This document shows, one piece after another, positions 55,353 to 64,000 of a DNA stretch of 64,000 bases; the first letter of the stretch is position 1; each line of letters begins with the position of its first letter. The position numbers and the translations under genes were made by a program. The notes beneath the pieces are model-generated. The model did not search any database. It was not told where the DNA came from and saw only the letters and a program-made list of their open reading frames with translations. This DNA comes from Eledone cirrhosa (lineage: Eukaryota), in assembly GCA_964016885.1 (NCBI GenBank), contig OZ024741.1, positions 65,844,001 to 65,908,000 of the forward strand, written 5' to 3'.

Positions 55353-57538
55353 ATCTGATGCTCTAACATCAATTCACTACCATTGATCATTTCTGATTGA
55401 ACAGGTAACATTCCTAAATGATTTAGTACCTACTTAGATCTAATTTATAGCTCAATGTAGTAGGGCATTGTGAAATAAAGTTTTCTTTAACTACCGTTAT
55501 TCATATTTTACTCTACTTCTACTGCTCATATTTCATAGCTAAATAAGAACAAGTATTTAGCCTTGTTCCCACCATTGCCTACATTTCACAATAATATAAG
55601 GACAATTATTCAGTATTTCTCCACAACTGCAAATATTTCATAGCAGTGTTAGAACAATTATATACACTTTCTGTAGCACTGATCATACTTCACTCAAGCT
55701 ATACTGCTTACATTTCACAACTATGTTGGAACAATTATTCATTCTATCCCCAATACTGCTTATATTTCACTCTACTTAAACTGCATACATATAACAGCTA
55801 TATTGAAACAGTTTCTACAATACTGCTCATATTTCACTCTACCTAATCTGCATACATTGCACAGCTATATTAAAACAATTATTCATTTCTACTCCATTAC
55901 TACTCATATTTCATTCTACTTCTGCTCACATTTCACAACTATATGGTATCATATGCAGTGGGTCTAACTTTAGTCTAGTTTTACTACTATTTCTTTGCAA
56001 ATATTCATCAACATACATCTCATATAAATCATAGATAAGCAAAACAGGATGGGATCTTTATGTGGTCACTTGATTTCAGCTAAATCATATTCTATCACCT
56101 TAAAAAAAGGAAGGATGTATTAGATAATGTTGTCATGAAAATAAAGAGGATTGGTTATGGCTGGAATGCTATTGACCACACATCTGCCCAATCAAAGCTG
56201 ACTTGAGGCTCAGCAACAACAACTATAATTAAGACACAAAGCCAACATTTTAGGGCAAAGGGAAAGTCAATTATACTGACCTCCAGTACGTGGCTGGTAT
56301 TCTTATTTAATCAACCTTGAAAGGCTAAAAGACAAAGTTGACTGTAGCAGGATTTTAGAATAGGTAAAGTATATCACTGGTTGTTGCAGAAGGTAACTAA
56401 AAGGGTTGGCATCAGGGAGTGCATCCAGCTGTAAAACACCCCCACCCCTCAAAACATCTTATCCAACCCAAGCCAATACAGAAGAATGGACATGAAAACA
56501 AATCATAAAATAAAGAGTAAAAACAAATGTAAAGTATTTTGTCCAATGATTTAACTAATCCACCTCTCTATATAGAAACCAAATAATGCAGGAAATGAAC
56601 AAATAAAAAGCCCAGAATCTCAGAAAACAAGTAAGTTCTTGCTAAGTATATAAAACTGAATACCAGATAAGATAATCATTTATATATTTCTCTATGTCTA
56701 AACCTAATCAGCTTAGTTAATCCATTACACTGTAGATTAAATAGGCAGATCTTTATAAATATCACTTTTACAAAAATTGAAACCAATTCTGTTTGTCTAC
56801 TAGACTAGAATTAAATGGAAGAAACATAAGAAATGAAATGAAAATAAAAACACACAAACACACACACACAGCCATAAGAAACATAGACAAAATATTTGCT
56901 TCGCAATTAAGTGGTTCAAGTGTTTATCACTAAAGCTTTGTGTTGAATAAACCATGTGAGTAATATTTGGTAGATAAAAACTGTGTCTGCAGAATCCTTT
57001 TGGACATATAATGCTGTGAATGCATCATCATCATCATCATCATTTTACATCCGCTTTTCCCTGCTTGCAAGGGTGGGATGAGAACTGATTCTGGCTTGAT
57101 TTCTACAGCTGGATGCCCTTCCTAACACCAACCTCATTTACAGTGAATGGTGGGTGCTTTTTGCCGTGGCACCTCCACGACCACTTTGCAGTGGAATGAT
57201 AGGGACTGGGGTCCCTATCATCTCATTTCTACAGCTGAGTAAACTAGAGCAATGTGAAATAAAGTGTCTTGCTCAAGGAAACAACACATCACCCAGTCCG
57301 AGAATTGAACTCACAACCTATGTATGTATATATGCACTTATGAATATATGTATAAATATGTGAATGTGTGTAGGGAGGGGTGAGTGTGTAGGTGATAGTA
57401 TGAATATAATTAACCCTTTAGCATTTACATTACTCTATATTTACTATTGTATTTTCATAGTAAAGGCTTTACCACACATAAATATCTTTTTAAAATCTAG
57501 AGGTTTGTAAAATAAAAACAAGTATAAAGATCACTGCT

Positions 57539-57581
<43 letters not shown>

Positions 57582-58199
57582 CCCCCACCATCATCATCAT
57601 TATCATCATCATCATTATTATCACCACCAACCTCATTATTATCATCAGCTATTACTACCACCAACAGCAAGACAGGTGTTCATTGTAGTTGCTAATCTTT
57701 TCACCCTTTCAGCTGCAGGCAGGACTAGTTATATCTTCACTGAACAAGCTAATTATTATTATTAACATGGTGGATTGGTAGTATCGGTAGAGAGTCGGAC
57801 ACCATGCTTTGCAGCATAGAGTTACAGCTTTTTATGAACTGAGTTCAAATCCCGCCAAGGTTAACTTTGCCTTTCATTCTTACGGGGTCGATAAAATAAA
57901 GTACCAGTAATGTACTGGAATAATTGCTGGCCTTGTGCCAAAAATAGAAACAATTATTATTATTTGTATTATTATTATTAATGCCCGTGAAGTAACAGAG
58001 TAATCTGGGGCTTTGTGTGTGGGGTTTCTCCATGATATTACCCTAAAGTGCAGTCCCCTACAATTGGGGAACTTGTCCTTGTTGGCATTTGTTATTGTTT
58101 TCTTTTGTTAGGTTCAAATATATTTATTACATCTATTATTGTTATTCCTACTGTTTTCATTTCATTGATGTCTCCTTTATAATAATAATGATAATAATA

Positions 58200-58475
58200 A
58201 TAATGAAAGTATTGTGTACAGTGCTCAGGTGCACTACAACTCGCCAAAGGTGCATGTATAATACATAGAATAATATACAAATGTCAGGGAAATGAATAGT
58301 GTATGAGTTATGATATACATGTGTGCATGTGTATGGAGGAGGAATATCAGGTGTAGTGTTGGCGAATCTCAGGAAGCATGGAGTTTTAAAGGATGCAGTG
58401 TCTCGACAGCTAACAACTGATGTTCCATGCTTCAGCAACTCTGAGCATGAAAAAATGTTTCCGAAAGTCATGGGA
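58200..58475 (-). mobile_element. CR1/L2-type LINE 3' end (third copy)
   Basis: HDFRKHFFMLRVAEAWN...SCRDTASFKT. Confidence 0.8.
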
Positions 58476-59059
58476 TCTGTGCTGTTTTCTGACTTTACTT
58501 TTACTTGATGTAAACCCTAATTTCTGTTGTGTTGCTTTTGTCCTTGCACTGTCCCCAATATCCTGGGCCCTTGTGGCCAATAAAATAATCATAATAATTG
58601 TTTCTACTTTTGGCACAAGGCCAGCAATTATCCCAATATATTACTGGTACTTTATTTTATCGACCCCGTAAGGATGAAAGGCAAAGTTAACCTCGGCGGG
58701 ATTTGAACTCAGAACGTAAAGGGATGTAACTATGCTAGAAAGCATGGCGTCCGATCCTCTACCGATACTGCCAATCATAATAATAATTATCATTATTATC
58801 GATAGAGTGTCAGACAACATGCTTCACAGCATAGAGTTACGGCCTTTTACATTCTGATTTCAAATCTTGCTGAGGTTAGCTTTGCTTTTCATCCTTACGG
58901 GGTCGATAAAACAAAACACCAGTAATGCACTGGGGTCGATTTAATCAACGTTCCTCTCCCCTTCAAATTGCTGGCTTTGTGCCTAAAGTAGAAACAATTA
59001 TTATTATTATCTGTAACATTTTTTGTTTTGGCAGATGTTACACCGACACTATACTAAAA

Positions 59060-59265
59060 GAGCGAGCCATGACCAATGACCAAAGGTCCCTTCAGTCATT
59101 CCTTCTCCTTCAACTTTGTATCACCCATCTTAGAATCCTTGCTGTTCCTAGCAAAGCTGTTTCTGCAACAATCCTGCCCTGATGGTAATTTCTAGCTTCT
59201 CAACCTATGCATCTAACCTTTTATTAACTGCTCCCACTACACGCCAACTACAATCAGTACCACTT
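59060..59265 (-). mobile_element. R4/Dong-clade 3' fragment
   Basis: ...TALLGTARILRWV, the same terminal motif as 44140-44270. Confidence 0.7.
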
Positions 59266-61094
59266 CTATGTGTCTGATTGTGGGTTGGCAGAATCTGTAG
59301 AGCGTCGGACACCCTGCTTCGCAGCATAGAGTTATGGCCCTTTACATTCTGAGTTCAAATCGCACTGAGGTTAGCTTTGCCTTTCATCCTTATAGAGTCA
59401 ATAAAGTAAAGCACCAGTTTAGCACTGGGGTCGATTTAATCAACTTTCTCTTTCCCTTAATATTGCTGGCCTTGTGCCTAAATCAAGAACCATTATTATT
59501 ATGTACGGTGGATTATTATTAAGGCGGTGGATTGGCAGTATTGGTAGAGGGTCGGACGCCATGCTTTGACGTATAGAGTTAAGGCCCTTGCCATTCTGAG
59601 TTCAAATCCCGCCAAGGTTAACTTTGCTTTTCATCCTTACGGGGTCGATAAAATAAAGTACCAGTAATGCACTGGGTATTTGCTGGCCTTGTGCCTAACG
59701 TAGAAACAATTATTATTATGTACATAGGCACCCACACACATACATGTGTGTGTATGTGTGTAATGGTTGAGCCATTAGAGTGGTGCACAAAATACTTTGC
59801 AGCAGTTGCTTGAGTGCTTTACATTCTGAATTCAAATACAACTGAGATCAACTTTGCCCTTCGTTTTCCTGGGTCAATAAAACAATGTACCAGTTAAATA
59901 CTAGGGCCAATATAATCAACTTTCCACTTCTCCAAATTGCTGGTCTTAGCATCGAGCAAGATGTTCTGCGCCGTATAATTACGGCCCTTTACATTCTGAG
60001 TTCAAATCCCACCTAGGTTAGCTTTGTCTTTCATCCTTACGGGGTTGATAAAATAAAGTACCAGTAATGCACTGGGGTCGATTTAATCGATTTTCCCTTC
60101 CCCCAAAATTGCTGGCCCTGTGACTATATAAGAAATCATTATTACTACTATTATTATACCAATGGTAAGGGCAGTGGATTGGCAGTATCGGTAGAGGGTC
60201 GGACGCCATGGTTTGCAACATAGTGTTACGCCCCTTTATGATCTGAGTTCAAATCTCGCCGAGGTTAATTTTGCCTTTCATCTTTACGGGGTCGATAAAA
60301 TAAAGTACCAGTCATGCACTGGGGTTAATTTAATCGATTTTCCCCTCCCCCAAAATTGCTGGCCTTGTGCCTATATAAGAAATCATTATTATACCAATGG
60401 TAATGATAGTGACATTAATGCTGTTGTAACTTTTCTCAAGATGGTGGTGTCGGCGGCGGCGGTGGTGGATATCACATTTGTCTTTTAATAAAACCCTTAA
60501 TGATAAAGTCTGCCCTGTGATAAAACAACCAGCTCTTACACTCTTTCTGCGGCTGATTATGTAAGATAATTGATTGGCAGTTATCTAAAAAAAAAATAAT
60601 AATCCAAGGGAAATCACTCTAAATGTACAATTATAAACATTCAATTAGTTTTGTTTCAAACATTTCCAGTAGTAAAACATTAAAAATAAAAAAATTTCTC
60701 ATTCGAAAATCTGATCATCAGCTAAATTAGCTCATATTGATCAAAGAGGTTTATAATTAACCAAATAGTATTTATTTGCATGGATACAAGGCATGAGTAG
60801 TTCTGAGTAGGGGTTCAATCCTTCACTCTTTAAGAATTTATTTCAGAACAGAATAATGAAGTACAGATCTGAAATTGCCATGCCTAAATGAAAACACTGT
60901 GTTCAGGATGGACCAAACAATTTTGCACTCATTTCGGTTCTTTTTCCTTAAAAATTAAATCTAATTAAATAAAGTTGTTGCAGATTTTTCTATCTGGATT
61001 CATGCAAGTTCCATTTCTTCAATACACAGCTTTGACTCTCTGTTGTTATTCACTTGTGAATCAAATCAACCAACAAGATCTCAAACTATTTGCT

Positions 61095-61570
61095 TACAGA
61101 GTGGGGTGGAACTCGTAAAATCGGATCAAGGAAACAATGTTTCCATTATTTTTTTTGTTTTTTTTTCCATTGCTGATACTATCTACTGATCACAATTCCT
61201 GGCAGAAAGAACGTAAAATAAAATGTCTTGCTCAAGGACATAACACATCGCCTGGTCATGAAATCAAACTTGCAACCTCATAATTTCAAATCCAATTCTC
61301 TAACCACTAAGCCAACCGCCTTCACTGAAACAATCGACAAGATTCCAGACCCCATTTGCTTACCAAGTTGGGTGGAACTCGTCAAATCAGACCAAGGAAA
61401 CAATGTTTCCATTGGACTTTCCATTGCTGATACTATATATCGGTTACAACACCTAGCAGAAAAAGCAACATGACATAAAGTGTCTTGCTCAAGGACATAA
61501 CACATCGCCTGGTCCAGGAAAAAAACTCGTAATTGTGAATCCAATTCTCTAATCACTAAGTCCTGCATCT
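61095..61570. repeat. Tandem pair of composite SINE-B-related units, with a third copy at ~30240-30450
   Basis: gggtggaactcgtcaaatc.gaccaaggaaacaatgtttccatt...gtcttgctcaaggaca is repeated. Confidence 0.75.
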
Positions 61571-61759
61571 TTCACTTACACTTTAGCACTATTTATCAAA
61601 GACTTTCCTCAACAATTACCATTAAATTAACAATTTCCTTGATTGCTCCAGTTACAAGATGGTAGCAGATTTGGTATCTACTGAGCCATACAATTTAGCC
61701 GCTTAGCATTATGACCTCTGATATAATTCCTGAAACTCTTACAGACTGAATAACTGACT

Positions 61760-61970
61760 TTAACTCTTAATGCCCTGCACTACATGAAACTGCATCAGCA
61801 AGACATTCTTGGAAAGTACAAAACAGCACTATAACCGCATCAAATAAAAAAACAAATGTTGTTATTTTCACAATGAATCTTTTCACTAGAAAAAATGCTA
61901 TAAACATTTGAATTAACAAACCCACATTTAGATATTTTCTACTCAATCATTACAGGATGTTAAGAGTTAA
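61760..61970. mobile_element. TTAA-bounded MITE (piggyBac-like termini)
   Basis: ttaa|ctcttaatgccctg ... caggatgttaagag|ttaa. Confidence 0.75.
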
Positions 61971-63851
61971 TATTCAATTCCTATTGGATATTTTACTATA
62001 GCATACAATTCTGGAAAAGCAGATACAAAATAATGAGAGAAACTATCTATTTAGCGACTTAGTTACATATGTCCTACAATACAATGTCATCTGAGGTTCC
62101 ATCAATCATTAGGGTTGGTTAGAAAAGAAATAAAGACAATGGCAGAGAACAGACTAGAATACTGACTGAATTTTGTGATTATGTCAAGGGGAGAAAGAAA
62201 AAAAAAAAAAACAATAATTGTGACATTATAAAGTAAATCAACAAGAATACAAAAAAACCCCCACAAAAAACAAAAAACCCACAAAATACCCCCCAGCCGG
62301 TAACATGTCATTGGGTACATAGCTGTCAAAAAAATTACATAATATAAACATATATAGATGTCAGCAAATCATGTTTGTTTGAGGTTGTACTTGCTTATTT
62401 ACATGTCTTAGGTGTCTGGTAATGTTTACTAATTGCTGTTTAAATATTGTTAATAATAAGGCCTCAGGTCTGTCTAAAAGTTGATACAATGTTGTTTTAT
62501 AAAGTTACACTCAAGTCTTCTATGTTATGACCTGAGGTCATCAAACTCTATAGTGTATAGTTCATAGTTCTTTGTTCATATTTTTCCACAATGTCAAACG
62601 CAATAACTCAAAAGTTGCAAGCCATTATCTGGTGTACCTCTAAGATATCAGCTCTACCAATTCCAAAGTTGCTAGTCAATCAGTTAATGAGTGGTGTTTC
62701 CAGTCACTGAGTGTATGTGTGTGGACTTGCAACTCCTGATAGAGTCATAGGGGTGCTATATTGTTACATGAAACGATGAAAGTGTTACATGAAACGATAA
62801 AGTGTCTTGAGCTTTTTAAACCTGGCAGTGCCCATCTCACTCAGGGCCTAAACACAGCTGATTTCTTCTATAGGAAGGAGAGGGGAGGGGTGAGAATTGA
62901 CCCTAGTAATGGATTGGTAGATTTTTTTATTGACCGCTAAAAGATGAAAGATAAAGTTGACCACAGTGGGATTTGAACTCAGACTACAGAGAGTCATAAC
63001 AAATGCCACAAAACGTTCTATCTGATGTTCTAATGACTCTGTCAATTCACCACCTTGTTTAGTCTTGTCTTATACTGACATAAATTCTACCCACTCCAAA
63101 ATTGTCACTCATTGCCTGATGTATGTATAATCTTGCACCACCAAGATGTCAGCTTTACTAACTCCAAACTTACCACCTATTGCCTGATGTTTGGGAGGAA
63201 AGGAGGAAGTTAGCCTGAAACCAGAGACCCAACGCAAATGCTCACGAAAGAATGTATTCATGTGCTGAAAACTCCCAAGGAAAAGGAGATAGTTCTGAGT
63301 TGAACTACAGATTAAATCTACCACTAATTTGCAACATGTTTTGCACTTATTATTTTCTTTATAAAATTTAGCACATATTGAAAATTCCAGTTGGTTTGGT
63401 CACTACAGCTCTAGAAAGTCTTTAAAAGATTCTATAAATACCAAATTCATCAGTATTAATACATTGTTTATTACCAAAATATTATTGATTTAGATGAAAG
63501 ATATAATTGTTTCTATGCAGTTCCTCTTGGTCAATTTGGCTGTGATTTCAGGATGGTTAATCAAGAAATATGGCAAAACACCAGAGTCCTTAGTTAAGCT
63601 TGAATAATCATGATCAGAGCAGAAAATGCAATTTCTTTGTGCAATGAAACAACAGCTCCCACCACTATCTAAAATTCCACCACAAGCACCACCACCACCA
63701 CTACAACCTCCACCATCACACCACCACCACCACCACCATAAACCTTCACTTTTATGTTGATCAAGTGTGTAGACTGCTATATTTTTACAAGTATGTGTAC
63801 ATATATACATAAGTGTATGGGTTTAAGTGTGTATGTGTATGTGTGTGTGTG

Positions 63852-63931
<80 letters not shown>

Positions 63932-64000
63932 AAACTAATAAACCTTTGTTCATACTGCCTCTCTGTTTTGTTCCCGTTCCATTTTTCACTATATATATAT

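Larger units (their letters stand above)
57768..60390. mobile_element. Dense cluster of about 8 SINE family A copies, one inverted (58595-58776)
   Basis: Copies start near 57768, 58800, 59278, 59522, 59765, 59960 and 60170 (+), plus 58595-58776 (-). Confidence 0.9.

Noticed and set aside
63174-63264. Possible 91-nt minus-strand exon (ttttcag|...GTG|gtaagt)
   Set aside because: The splice signals are plausible but the peptide is unrecognisable and has no supporting partner exon.

Overview
AT-rich eukaryotic DNA made almost entirely of repeats. The SINE families, dense (TA)n/(CA)n/(TAA)n microsatellites and LINE set look like a cephalopod (octopus-type) genome; this is inference from repeat style only. 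The window holds one apparently intact CR1-clade LINE ORF2 (APE+RT, 37919-40939, minus strand), preceded by a partial ORF1 with two CCCH zinc fingers. It also holds a decayed Gypsy element with one LTR and a tRNA-Trp PBS, fragments of RTE, CR1, R4/Dong, CRE-like and Penelope-like retroelements, about 25 tRNA-derived SINE copies, several MITEs with readable TSDs, and one probable host exon (51423-52016, minus). Four observations stand out. (1) A tandem repeat at 28.3-29.6 kb carries a minimal type I hammerhead ribozyme in each of two units, 422 nt apart, with a compensatory stem I change; this is a retrozyme/Penelope-pLTR-like self-cleaving system, preceded by a fold-back arm. (2) The LINE ORF1/ORF2 junction looks like a -1 programmed ribosomal frameshift. 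(3) The Gypsy PBS matches tRNA-Trp over 38 nt. (4) Further degenerate hammerheads and a 1.5-kb inverted duplication are nested in (TA)n tracts. Nearly all ORFs in the supplied track are microsatellite or repeat artefacts. Boundaries of decayed fragments are approximate.
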